Part shown: positions 39,215 through 52,150 of the stretch, piece after piece | Layout: each line of letters opens with the position of its first letter | How positions within the stretch are numbered: the stretch's first letter is position 1 | NCBI RefSeq assembly: GCF_006345805.1 | Contig: NC_043000.1 | Location: forward strand, 122,450,001-122,514,000 | Direction: 5' to 3' | Length of the DNA: 64,000 nucleotides | DNA from: Octopus sinensis | Taxonomy: Eukaryota | Translations under genes and position numbers: made by a program | The notes under the pieces: generated by a model | Databases searched by the model: none | Told to the model about the DNA's origin: nothing | Seen by the model: the letters and a program-made list of their open reading frames with translations, nothing else

Positions 39215-39529
39215 TACATATACGAAATCCATGCTAGTATTCAATAAACTTATGCCGACAAAAAACACACCCATACGTACACATAAATTAATTTAAGACG
39301 TAAACATACATATATACACATATAAAAACAATAACAGACACTCACACACAAAGCAAAATGCACCATGGATATCTATGTTTTGTAAAAAAAATATTTTATT
39401 GTATTTTATTTTATTAGTATCATTACTTTTATTCAAATTTTGATTTTATTATCAATATATTTCATTATTTTCCTTATGTATTATTAATCGTTAAATTTAT
39501 CTCTTACCTTTATTCTTATATACTTTAAT

Positions 39530-39590
<61 letters not shown>

Positions 39591-39591
<1 letters not shown>

Positions 39592-40067
39592 GAGTGAGAG
39601 AGCAGTTCATGCCATCAAAGTGACCCTGGGGTAAAATATACGAAGCCCAATATACCCATCATGACTACCCGTCTGATAAAGGTACACCAGGCACATGCAT
39701 CACAACCATATGTGCGCGACATGGTGATCTCATATCAAGATAAACAGCACATGACCTTGCAGGTGGAGCCCAGTTAGAATTTTCTTCAGGTTGAGTAGCC
39801 CATCCTGCTCAAACGGTCCCTGAATAAGGTTTGTTTAAGGATGTTGAAAGAACCACCCATGTTTCCAGAGGTGAACTATTCAAACCCCAAAGAATCCCTC
39901 TCAACACATGGCTATGATGCTCCGCCACTACTTCTGCTCGTGATCAGAGATGCACATATCGTCAGCCACTAAGGGACATGCTCAACTGGTTAAGGTCAAA
40001 CAACTGACAAGCAAATCTGTGGTATTGAGCAGAATATTTGCTGTAGCCCGTCTTTTATACCAAGACA
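39591..40067 (-). mobile_element. 477-bp non-coding element without a tRNA head, embedded in (TAA)n
   Basis: Sharp boundaries against (TAA)n on both sides; a truncated second copy at 26934-27080 keeps the same end. Confidence 0.75.
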
Positions 40068-40102
40068 TTATTATTATTATTTTTATTATTATTATTATTA
40101 TA

Positions 40103-40147
<45 letters not shown>

Positions 40148-40440
40148 TGGAAACTCCCAGCTTATTTTGCTGGATGTGATGGAAAGTGTCAGCTGTCGAC
40201 AGTCTCCAGACTTTTATTTACTGGTCATGCTTCAAGAACCCTGCGATGAAGAATTGCAGTTCCAACTCATGCTGATTTTTTGTAGGTGTTCTACCTTCAC
40301 ACTTGCACCGATCTTTTTCAGCCTTGTTGGTAGCTGAGTACTGAGAATTCCAAATGCACCAATTACTATTGGCATCACTTCTACTCTCTTCATTGACCAC
40401 AACTTTCATATTTTCTCTCCTCATTCACCACAACCTATGT
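40148..40440 (-). mobile_element. Third R4/Dong-like subfamily, decayed 3' fragment
   Basis: Minus frames: ELHRLW...VEVMPIVIGAFGILSTQLPTRLKKIGASVKVEHLQK(S)A*(L)GTA, resembling the REL C-terminus; runs into (TAA)n at 40068-40147. Confidence 0.7.
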
Positions 40441-40571
40441 AATTCCCGATCACTTACCAGTCAAGTATTTGTGTCAATGCGATTGACTCTCCCCTCCCCT
40501 CAAATTCCCGGCCTTATGCCTATTGTAGAATGGATTATAATAATAATAGTAGTAGTAGTAGTAGTAGTAAT

Positions 40572-40633
<62 letters not shown>

Positions 40634-40659
40634 CGACAGCAACAACATCGAAAAATAAC

Positions 40660-40830
40660 TTAAGCATGAGAACTCAGGTTCGAAATGTTCCCAAGACACC
40701 TGATGAAGGCTGGAGAGTATATCAGCTGAAATGTTAACAACAAACAAGATGAGCACAAGCATCCGTCAAATGTAAATAGTGTAAATAATGTAAATAATGT
40801 ACCTAATTCCTCATCTCTTAAATATAGAAC
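40660..40830 (+). mobile_element. Penelope/retrozyme-like fragment, family P3, with decayed hammerhead core (40696-40735)
   Basis: ACAC-CTGATGA-A-GGCTG-GAGAGTATAT-CAGCT-GAAA-TGTT. Confidence 0.55.
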
Positions 40831-40847
40831 TGTATAACTATTATTGT

Positions 40848-40903
<56 letters not shown>

Positions 40904-41149
40904 AGACGACTACTAGCATCACTATTACAACTAGTATCTTCTTATTGTTTGTAAATATGTTTGAAGCAGTGGTGACGGTGTTAAATTTCGTAGGTGGTGA
41001 CGCCGTTCTTTTCTTGTTCATTCGTGTGGTGGTCATGGGGACGTTGTTGAGGAGACAGATGAAGAGAAGGAATGAGGAGAAAAGGAAAGAAGAGGAGGAA
41101 TGAGGAGCAAACGTACGAGATTGTAGAAGACGTCGGTAGCAGTAAGAGA

Positions 41150-41225
<76 letters not shown>

Positions 41226-41236
41226 CCAGCAGCAGC

Positions 41237-41276
<40 letters not shown>

Positions 41277-41304
41277 TAGTAGTAGTAGTATTAGTAGTAG
41301 TGTA

Positions 41305-41340
<36 letters not shown>

Positions 41341-41485
41341 GTGTAGTAGTAGTAGTGTAGTAGTAGTAGTAGTATTAGTAGTAGTGTAGTAGTAGTAGTA
41401 GGAGTAGTAGTAGCAGCAGCAGCAGCATTTGTAGCAGCAGCAGTAGCAGTAGTAGTAGTAGTAGTACTAGTAGTAGTAGTAGTGC
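40848..41485. repeat. (CTA)n and (AGT)/(AGC)n microsatellites
   Basis: Direct reading; unique spacer at about 40905-41145. Confidence 0.85.
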
Positions 41486-42503
41486 GGGTATAGGTGAGGA
41501 TGCTGATAGCGTTCGGTTTCACTGTCATATGTTTTACGTAATTCATTTGTTCCTTGTGGCGTTTTAACGAAATAAAGTAAAAACTACAAGTAAAACCGTC
41601 CAATACAATTATACCACATCAATGGTGAGGAGGAAAATGGAGGTTATTGATTTCCATTTTCCACTGTAATGGTTCACAGAGTGCATGCAACTCGTGATAA
41701 ACGGGAACTGTGTACTTAAGTAGAGAAAGACAACACAATATGGCGTAGGGAGCTGTGTGAATGGCGTCCATCATATTTGTGTATTCTTCGTAGGGAAACG
41801 TTTGATGAAGAGACACGCGAATATACAGCCTTGGACGCGGAGTTAAAATAGGCAAGAAGAAAAGGAGAAATAAAGAAGGGCAATAGAGATAAAGAGATTG
41901 AAAAAGATTGACTGGCGAATGAATTAGAGAAGTGCTTAAGCTCTGTAAAATTATTATTTTTATTAATCTGCATTAATCCAACACAAATTTCTACCTTTAT
42001 ATATAATGTACATTGTGGATGTCAGGTAAGGACTAGTAGATTGATTAGTCTTAGTATATGAATGGAGTCGTGATGACCTGAAGATCCGAGGAAACAACAA
42101 GCAGCTAGAATGCTAATAATAAATAACATTTCATTTCATGATCATATTTTCTTTTATCTTTCAATAGTTTCAGCGATTAGATTCAGGCCATGCTGGAGCT
42201 CGACTTTGAAGGGTTTCGTTGAAGAAATCGACCGCAGTAATTATATCTTAAGACTAATAATTTTCTCTATTGGACATTGTTTGCCGAAACAGTGAGTTAC
42301 AGTTCTATGATAAAAAGGCCTTCCAGCCCTTGTCACCACACGTTTCTTTACGAGTATTTCTGCAAATAAATTACTCAATGAGACCTTTGCTTATTACGGG
42401 TATTAAAATGTAATTTGAAAGATATTTAGACATTTTTTGTAATAAATCAGCTCTGGTTTATACCTCGTTGAGAAATAATTTTTGTTTTTATTTAGCTCTC
42501 ACT

Positions 42504-42716
42504 ATAGGCGAGGATGTAGCTGAGTGGTTGCTTCCCAACCACATGGTTCCGGGTTCAGTCCTACTGAGTGCCAATTTGGTAATGTGTCTTTTTCTATCGC
42601 GTGGAACCAAACAAATATTTTAAAGTGGATTTCCTATAAGGAAACAGAAAGAAACTTGTCATATGTGTGGGTGTGTTAGTGTGTGGGTGTGTGAGTGTGA
42701 GTGTGTGTGTGTTTGT

Positions 42717-42779
<63 letters not shown>

Positions 42780-42991
42780 TGCGTGTGTGTATCTGAGTAT
42801 GTGGTTTTCTGTCTGTGTTGCCACTGCATGACAACTGGCATAGATGTGTTTACGTCCCGCAACAAAGCGGTTTCGCGAAAGATATCGATAGAATAAGTAA
42901 CAGGCTTACGAAAACGACTAACATTCTTAAATGCATTGCTCCAGCATGGCTGCGATCTTATGATAGAAACAAGTAAAATTAGAACATAAAA
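42504..42991 (+). mobile_element. Diverged SINE family D with (TG)n insert
   Basis: CCAACCACATGGTTCCGGGTTCAGTCC head; GCTCCAGCATGGCTGCG tail. Confidence 0.75.
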
Positions 42992-43942
42992 GATGATGCA
43001 ATCCGTCGGAAATACAGTTCTACTCTCAGTAAAATGCCTTTATAGGGACCGTCTTGCTTTTAAATTTGTTTCAGAAGTGAATTAAGCATTATACGTCCCC
43101 TACCAGCCCGCGAAATTTATTTTTCCTCACGCGAATTCCGGACTCCAGTTATGAACTCATTTGCATACAGCCAATGAGAGCTCAACTATCAAACTGATTT
43201 ATGAGCGCATAACAAGTGATGGGCGATAAGATAAGGTCACTTGTGTAAGGAACGACCAAGCTTTTTTTCTCTTCTAATAATGATTGTTGTTCTTGTTCTT
43301 GTTTCAAACATGGATGCCTCTGCGTAGTTATTTGTTTTGTTGCTTAATTTGTAAAACAGTAAGGGGAGAAGGTTGCTAGCACATCACCCTCTACCCACAT
43401 TTCCCCATCCAAATCTTTAACATATGGAGCCCTAACAAAATTCGATAATAGGTAGAGATGCAGATCTATCTAATTACTTTTCTCCTTCTAAAATCAGGTA
43501 TAACTTGGCGATCGATCGACTAACAAAAACGTTCCTCGTCTTGAGTTTACTTGATAGAGTGTGTTTGTTAAGTTGACAAGGTCAAGGTGACTCTGGTAGG
43601 CTGTATGGAAATGAGTTCATTACTTGGGTCCGGAACTCGTGTGGGAAAAAAAACTTCGATACCCGCCCACTCTCCAGTAATTGATATAACCTTTATTTCG
43701 ATGACCACGGAGAGGTGAAAGGTTAATCCAACACGAATACGTTTGAGCTCGGCATGTGACAGCAGTCATCTAGTTACTCATATACACGCATATATAAACA
43801 CACATATTCACAAACAAATACATACATACATACGTACTAACGTGTAGGTATATATTTATGTACATACAACACCTGTTTACATGTGTGTGTGAGCATACAC
43901 ATATATATTTGTGCATATAATCATCTTCACAAATATATAATC

Positions 43943-44354
43943 AGGCGGTGAGCTGGCAGAAACGTTAGCACGCCGGGCGAATTGCGTAGCCGTATATTTC
44001 GTCTGTCGTTACGTTCCGAGTTCAATTTCCGCCGAGGTCGATTTTGCCTTCCATCTTTTCGGGGTTGATAAATAAAGTACCAGTTACGCACTGGAGTCGA
44101 TGTAATCGACATAGTCTCTTTGTCTGTCCTTGTTTGTCCTCTCTATGTTTAGCCCCTTGTGGGCAATAAAGAAATAGGTATTTCGTGCCTTTACCTTCTG
44201 AGTTCAAATTCCGCCGTGGTCGACTTTGCATTTCATCCTTTCGGGGTCGATAAATTAAGTACCAGTTACGCACTGGGACAATGTAATCGACTTAATCTCT
44301 TTGTCTGTCCTTGTTTGTCCCCTCTGTGTTTAGCCCCTCGTGGGTAGTAAAGAA
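43943..44354 (+). mobile_element. SINE family A dimer
   Basis: Head at 43943; junction GAAATAGGTATTTC at 44171-44184; second body and tail. Confidence 0.88.
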
Positions 44355-45049
44355 CTATATAATCATTTGTATAGAGAGAAACCATCTTATGTAAAAGTAT
44401 GTGTATGTATACATGCATACATACTTATATATTTAGGTACATATATTTATACATAACGATTATAAGTGTCTGTACGTATATATGTATATATGTATCTCTA
44501 TACATATGCCTACTCATAGATTCCTCTTCATGTGTATACTTAAAGAACAAGCTCTTAAAGAAAACATTATCGTACAATTTCCTGTGACAAAATGCGCATT
44601 AATACTAGATACCTTTCGTTAAAAGACATTTTAGTTTCCCTTACCCTCATTTTCTCCTTTATTTTCTGCATCCTCCATTGTTTCCTCTCTTATAACATTT
44701 TTAAAACAATAGTGACTAAAAGCCAAGAATGATATAAAGCGGAATTTAAATGAACGCTCTACTATCTAACTAACAGCTTATGACGTCATCATTTTCTATG
44801 AACAGCAATGGAATTATGCTAAGTCATAAAACAATAACTGCTACAACAATACGTGTAACAAATTTTCAGAACGTATAGCGTAATGCAAACAAAATTATTC
44901 TTTAAATCTATTGACTGTTCCTATGGGCTTTGGAAAATCAAAAGAAAATCTGTTCCCGTTAGTCAAATTGATGTCGTAGCACTAAAAAATTCATAGGCGA
45001 GGTAGAAATATAGATGATAATAACTACAATTTGCATTAAAATGTTTTGG

Positions 45050-45700
45050 GGGGAAGGGGCGATAATGGTGAGGGTTGTGGTGGAGCTTGCGGTAGTGGTG
45101 GTGGTTGCGTTGGTGCTGGTAGAGGTGAATGTGTTGTTGTTGGTGGTGCTGGTGCTGGTGCTGGTACTGGTGGTAGTGGTGGTGGTGGTGTTTTCGGTTA
45201 TGATGAGGTGTTGGTGGTGAGGTAGTGGTGGTGGTGTTTACGGTGGTAATAGTAGGAGCGGTAGTGCTGATGAAGATGATGTTGATGAGGAGGAGGAGGA
45301 GGGGGAAGGAGGAGGAGTAGAGGGAAGGAAGAGGGAGAGGAGGAGGGAGAGGGGAGGAGAAATGAAGGGCAGAAGAAAGAGGGGAAGAGGGAAGAGGGGA
45401 GGAGGGGGAGCGTAGAGCTAATACGGAAATGATGGTGATGATGATGATAATGATGATGATTACCATGATGGTGTTGACGATGACGATGATGATGATGATT
45501 ACCATCATGGTGATGATGATGGCGACGACGACGATGATGATGTTACGATGATGGTGCTGACAGTGGTGGCAATGATGATGGCGGTGGTGGTGGTAGTAGT
45601 GGTGATGGTGGTGGTGATAACGCTAGTGGCGGTGAGGATATAAATGGTGGTGGGGAGGACAATAGTAATGACAGCTCTAAAGGTAACAGTGGGGAGTGAT
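45050..45700. repeat. Purine/G-rich low-complexity block (GGT, GGA, GAT triplets)
   Basis: Direct reading; source of the poly-H/T/P/V ORFs. Confidence 0.85.
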
Positions 45701-46078
45701 GGGGTGTTAGGAAGTATTTTCTTTTCAATTACAAACGAAAATGCTGATGTATTTAATATAAGGTTACTCGGTGAATGATATTCAAGAAACAAAAAGTGAA
45801 AAAAAGTACACAAGAAAACGAAATGAACATTGAACAGACAATCACATGTCGTTGTAATTAATTACTATTCTACCTCAGAAAAGATAATACTAATAAAGGT
45901 ATTGGAAGTACATTACGATACACCGTGTATTATATAAGTCGACTGCATCATGCAGACATTTGTTTGCTGCAACAGAATCTGATTAAACATGTACCCTTAG
46001 ACATACACGTACACATGCACACATACACGCTAATATATAAATGTATAGACATAGATATAGATAGATAGACAGACAGAC

Positions 46079-46125
<47 letters not shown>

Positions 46126-46360
46126 CAGACAGACATATATATATATATATATATACATATATATACTTACATACATTCATACATACAACTCGGTGCGTGA
46201 GTACTAATTTAAAGCAACCTAGTTTTTCATTGAACAGTACGATATGTACATATGTCCATTCAAATATGTGGGGGAGGGTCTGTGTGCGCGTGTAGGTGTG
46301 TATGTATATAGAAATATATAGATAAGTTTATGTATATATATGTATGTATAAATATAAATA

Positions 46361-46391
<31 letters not shown>

Positions 46392-46407
46392 GTACATACA
46401 TATATGT

Positions 46408-46442
<35 letters not shown>

Positions 46443-46446
<4 letters not shown>

Positions 46447-46660
46447 GTTAATCCAAACATGAAAAGACAAGGAGAAAACACAACGCGAGGATGTGGAACA
46501 AGTATAGTATTATTGGACGCTCAGGAAAGAGGGAAAGAAGCGGGGTTTAACGTTTCGAACGGTGCTCCTCGTCAGAAACATAGGAAAGGGAAAGATCCAA
46601 AGAAGGGAAGACGGAGGAAAAAAAATCGCCAACGGTTCACACGCGGTCATATTTTGAATG
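46443..46660 (-). mobile_element. Penelope/retrozyme-like repeat, family P2
   Basis: Reverse-complement homologue of 20288-20492. Confidence 0.65.
46545..46579 (-). ncRNA. Minimal type I hammerhead motif with canonical core
   Basis: Minus strand GTTT-CTGACGA-GGAGCACCGTTC-GAAA-CGT-T-AAAC: stem I GTTT:AAAC, short stem II, palindromic ACGT stem III. Confidence 0.6.
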
Positions 46661-46678
46661 ATTATATATATATATATC

Positions 46679-47355
<677 letters not shown>

Positions 47356-47482
47356 AATATAAATATATATATATGTGTGTGTGTATATATATATATATAA
47401 TATATATATATATGTATATATGTGTATATATATATATATGTATATACATACATATATATATATATGTGTGTGTGTGTAATTT

Positions 47483-47650
47483 GTGGAGGTTTTGAGGATG
47501 TTCAGTAAGAGATTTCGCCACAAAAGGCCTGCGCACCAGGACAATGCACCAGATCACTATTCCATCGTTGTAATTTAACTATTTGACGGATATCGGAATC
47601 AAAACTATCCCTCAACCTCCCGATAATCAAGACCTTGCTCCGTGTGACTC
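47483..47650 (+). pseudogene. Mariner transposase catalytic-domain fragment
   Basis: [24 protein letters not shown]...[24 protein letters not shown], showing the HQDNA and DLAPCD motifs. Confidence 0.8.
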
Positions 47651-48086
47651 CTGTACTCTGACTATGAACTTTGATTTTCACCTACCAACGAATTTGCACA
47701 AAAACCTAGAAAAACTTGGTTTCACGGAAAAGAGCAAAGGAAACTGACGCAGATTCTCCAAATCGAATTTATAAGTGGCACGATGGGGATTTGTAAGACA
47801 TTCCAGAAATGCTCCGTCAGAGACTCTCATGTGGATAGATGCCCACACTTGGGTGTATGCATCGACACTTCAACCAACGGATTAACTCAACCACATTTAC
47901 AAACAACGGAAACTCTTGAAGAGGTCTTGTCGCTTTTTTAGCAACCGACTTGAACTCTCTGAAGGACTTTAATTAAAAATGAAAAATAATATGTATATGT
48001 TTACTGTTATTTGAATGTTATAGCAATAGAAGGAATATTCCATCCACGCCTAGAACGAAGAATATGTTAACGTGTATATTTATTAA

Positions 48087-48471
48087 TCTATATATATAAA
48101 GCCGAAGTTGTCTGTGTGTGGCAGGTTTGGTAGCCTTCAACTAACACTATCTCCTCCGAGACCCTGCGGCGCAAGTTGACCAAAATTGAGAGTATGATAG
48201 AAGGCTTGCTCTTTATTCTGTAGTAGATAAAATTCAAATCAGACCATGTTAACACCAAAAATTATTTACATAAAAAAGGGGGGGGGTCTCTGAAAATCCC
48301 GATTTTTTACGATTTTTAACTGCTGTGTCACCATTTTTCGGTGTTTTTCAACCAGAAAAAATGTTCACTTAAAGAGAATAACAAGCTACATAATGCAAAA
48401 TGTTTACTTTTCAAAAATTCCAATTCTAAAGGGTCGAAACAAACCCGAGCAACGCTGGGCGATACTGCTAG
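48087..48471 (+). mobile_element. Non-autonomous Helitron (385 bp)
   Basis: A|TCTATATATATAAAG 5' end; hairpin CCC(G)AGC-AAC-GCTGGG followed by CTAG|T. Confidence 0.88.
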
Positions 48472-49084
48472 TCATTAATAAATTTGACCATTAAAATTTC
48501 TGTTGTAGTATTTCAGTATTATTAATGTTGACTATCAAGTATTGTAGCTACGAAGCGTACTTTTTATGGATACAGTAACATAAGCCCTCGTCTGAAAACT
48601 TAAATTATGTATAAATTTATTAAATATATCGATGAGATTTTTGTGAAAACAACCTCTGGGGAAATGACTATATTTGAATATAAGTATGTGTATTTAAATA
48701 AAGAAAAATAGAAACCTTATAACTAAAAAAAATATTTACTTTAGCGCTATCACATTTCGATGATGTTGCTAGCGAGATGTCTGCCAGGAATTAAGTTAAT
48801 TAAAGTGCCTGCGCTGGAATATAGAAATTAACTCGTTATCCTTGCTTGATATTATTGAGGTAATTGGTGTTCTGAAAATGCGAAGCTTTTAGAGACTAAA
48901 ATGCTGTCTGGTTCTGAATAAAGATCGCATGAGTTTAAGTGATATCATGAAAATTTGTAGTTCGAGCTTTCTGTTTTGGAATTCCTGACGTGTAATCCTA
49001 CGGTAGTGTCGAGTCTTTTGTGTACACATCTGTATATTGGTAAAACAAAATCTGCGTTTAAACGGTTTTGGTATTTATCCGATT

Positions 49085-49316
49085 AAGGCGGTGAGCTAGC
49101 AGAATCGTTAGCACGCCAGGCGAAATGCTTTGCGGTATTTCGTCCGCCGCTACGTTCTGAGTTCAAATTCCGCCGTGGTCAACTTTGCCTTTCATCCTTT
49201 CGGAGTCGATAAATTAAGTACCAGTTACGCACTGGGGTCGATGTAATCGACTTAATTCCTTTGTCTGTCCTTGTTTGTCTCCTCTGTGTTTAGCCCCTTG
49301 TGGGTAGTAAAGAAAT
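49085..49316 (+). mobile_element. SINE family A monomer (tail type 2)
   Basis: Full head, B box and tail ...GGGTAGTAAAGAAAT. Confidence 0.9.
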
Positions 49317-49737
49317 GTAATTATATACACCTGATATAAATATATGTGTGCGGGCATGGTTCTCTCAGACATCATCCGATTTGCAAGTCAATAGTTTCTA
49401 GTTCAATCCTATTGCTCAGAACGGTAAACAATAATGAGTTGTAAGTATCCTTTGAAAGATAAATCAAATTTCAAAATAATCTATTAATAATATTTTAAGT
49501 CCCACTTTGGAAAATATATTATAAATTAACATTGAATATAGGAATTATTGTGGAAACAAAGAAATTTTTCGTGTGTAAAAGTATTTTTTTAAAGAGAGTT
49601 GAAAAGGAGAAAAAAACCATCCTAACCTTGCGCATTGAGATTTGAAATTGCATTATATTAGAATCTGCTTTTGGCAAAACTAAATAGGAGTTTGGGCATA
49701 CATACCGAATAGTTATACAAATGATCATTCAAGTAAG

Positions 49738-49890
49738 AGAGTTTACGAAAAAAGCAAAAGACGAAGACAGGTGGTGTACAAAACAAACAGATGTATTAGT
49801 ATAACGCTCAGGAATGGAAAAAGTCTTTTACGTTTCGAGCCTACGATCTTCTACAGAAAATGACACAGAAAAAAACAAGGAGAGAAAAAC
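49738..49890 (-). mobile_element. Family P1 Penelope/retrozyme-like fragment with hammerhead-like motif (49824-49860)
   Basis: Minus strand TTTT-CTGTAGA-A-GATC-GTAG-GCTC-GAAACGT-A-AAAGA. Confidence 0.55.
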
Positions 49891-49894
49891 AAGC

Positions 49895-50160
49895 ACATAG
49901 CCTAGTTATTAGAGCAGCTGACTCGCGGTCGAGGGATCGCGGGTTCGAATCTCACTCCGGGCGATGTGTGTGTTTATGAGCTCCACGCGGCTCCACCAGA
50001 AGGTAATGGCGAACTTCTGCTGACTCTTTCGCCACGACGTTTTGTCACTCTTTCCTCCTGCATATTGCATCCTCCTGCATCTGGGGAACCTATACGCCAA
50101 GGAAGCCGAGAAACCCGCCCTATGAGCCAGGCGTGGCTCGAGAAGGAACAAACAAACTTA
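49895..50160 (+). mobile_element. SINE family C-related copy (tail variant 3)
   Basis: B box GGGTTCGAATCTC; body GCTCCACG...GGCG...CTCTTTCGCCAC shared with family C; tail GAAGCCGAGAAACCCGCCCTATGAGCCAGGC. Confidence 0.75.
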
Positions 50161-51151
50161 TACAGTAGCAGCCCGATAGAGTGATGGTTTGTTGCCATCT
50201 TAATGTGGCAGTCCCAGGAAAGGCAAGAATGCTACTGCTATTTAGAAATTTTTGAAAATTTCTACTGCTTATCAGGTGTCCATTAACAAGTTAGCATTCT
50301 GCGAGATTGTTTCTAATTCAGGATTCTCATCGTAGTATGTTCAGATATTTATTTTTCGGTCGTTATGACAATAACATTATTTATGCGGTGTTGTTGGTGT
50401 GATATTGTAAGTCCAAAATCATCATATCTAGTAATATTGACGTCCACACTTATTAAATGAAAATACAATTAATCATAGACTACTATTGCTCTTTCCACAT
50501 CGTATAATTATTCGAGAAATATTTTCAATGTTTCTCTCAATAAATATCTTTATACTGATACAGCTTAGTGTTTTTCATCGAATGGCGTCTGTGAATTATT
50601 TATTCTCTAAAAAAAAATTACATTTTCCTGCGCTAACCAATCTACAATATTGTTCGTTTACATAATTATTATTTTATCACTACTGACAAATACAAGGTAA
50701 TAGGTTTGATGGCATTCTGTAGAGTATGTGTTAGATGAGTTGATATAGGTAAATACATTGACATAGACTTCGTATCGCTGATGAGGTCAAATGAGAGCGA
50801 ATCATCTCGGGAGAAATAACAATAGCCGTTAATAATATTGATTTTTACCGCACCGTGTAGCCATATGTAATCAGCTTTTTTTACGCTCCCTATATGCACT
50901 AACTCAAATATCTATAACCGAGTACATTAATCTATCTAATGTATGGAACTTTCAAAGTGGCGTCTAGAGAAGGCGCAAGTGGGGGAAATTTCTCCAAATA
51001 TATGTAACATCTCCAAAATTACTGCGATTCTATGTGTTGCAGGTCTTTGTGGGCATCTTAAAGTGTATTTTGTTATCTAAGATACAACGTATCTCCTGTG
51101 ATATAATTTGTTGTACGTGAGATGTTTTATAGTCATTAAAATTATTCACTT

Positions 51152-51416
51152 ACTAAGATTCTTTGAGACTATTTTCGGACTCCAACTGTTTGAGTTCACT
51201 ATATTAGTTTGATAGAAGAAGGCCTGCTCTTCATTCCGTAGGAGATAAAATTCAAAGCGGACCATGTTACGACCAAAAATTATTTACATCAAAAAGGTGC
51301 TTTTTTTCTATAAAATCCCTATTTTTTACGATTTTTGTTACTTCTAACGATTTTACAATTTTTCGACTAAGATTCTTTGAGACTATTTTCGGACTCCAAC
51401 TGTTTGAGTTCACTAT
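51152..51416. repeat. Perfect 51-bp direct repeat flanking a 163-bp insert derived from Helitron internal sequence
   Basis: Identical 51-mers at 51152-51202 and 51366-51416; the insert resembles about 48216-48320. Confidence 0.85.
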
Positions 51417-51737
51417 GTTTGTTTTCCCTCAAGTATAATCCAATTTACACTACGATGTTTCAGATTTACGCTTTGTAAATAGCGGTGTTCTCATGAAATT
51501 CATCTTTTATGCAATTTTGTGAGACTCGACTATCTTCCGTCCAGCAATGTCACACATCGTATAGATATCGTCTGCTTGTAACTGCATATTGCCGATGAAT
51601 ACATCTAGAATCTGAAGCTGATACTTTCATAGGCGGCTCACAGATCTCACTGTGTAGTTGTAGGTTTTGTGGACTTCATTGTTTTAATAAAACCATTACT
51701 TTTCACGAATGACAGATTTGAAACACTATTCCTATAA

Positions 51738-52150
51738 TATTTCTTTACTACCCACAATGGGCCAAACACAGAGGGGACAAACAAGGACAGACAAACGGAT
51801 TAAGTCGATTACATCGACCCCAGTGCGTAAATGATACTTTATTTATCGACCCCGAAAGGATGAAAAGCAAAGTCGACCTCGGCGGAATTTGAACTCAGAA
51901 CGTAGCGGCAGACGAAATACCTATTTCTTTACTACCGACAATGTGCTAAACACAGAGGGGACAAACAAGGACAAAGGGATTAAGTCGATTACATCGACCC
52001 AGTGCGAAACTGGTACTTTATTTATCGACCCCGAAAGGATGAATGGCAAAGTGGACCTCGGCGGAATTTGAAATCACAACGTAACGACCGACGAAATACT
52101 GCTAAGCATTTCTCTCGGCGCGCTAACGTTTCTGCTAGCTCGCTGCCTTT
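51738..52150 (-). mobile_element. SINE family A dimer
   Basis: Junction GAAATACCTATTTC at 51914-51927. Confidence 0.88.

Noticed and set aside
40848-41485. (CTA)n facing (TAG)n as a potential foldback
   Set aside because: Complementary simple repeats are expected at this microsatellite density, and there is no unique-sequence inverted repeat.
44780-44789. Perfect CRE palindrome ATGACGTCAT
   Set aside because: An isolated 8-10-mer is plausible by chance in 64 kb, with no supporting context.
50770-50810. CTGATGA...GCGAAT hammerhead-like string
   Set aside because: Stem II is mismatched, GAAA is incomplete and stem I does not pair.
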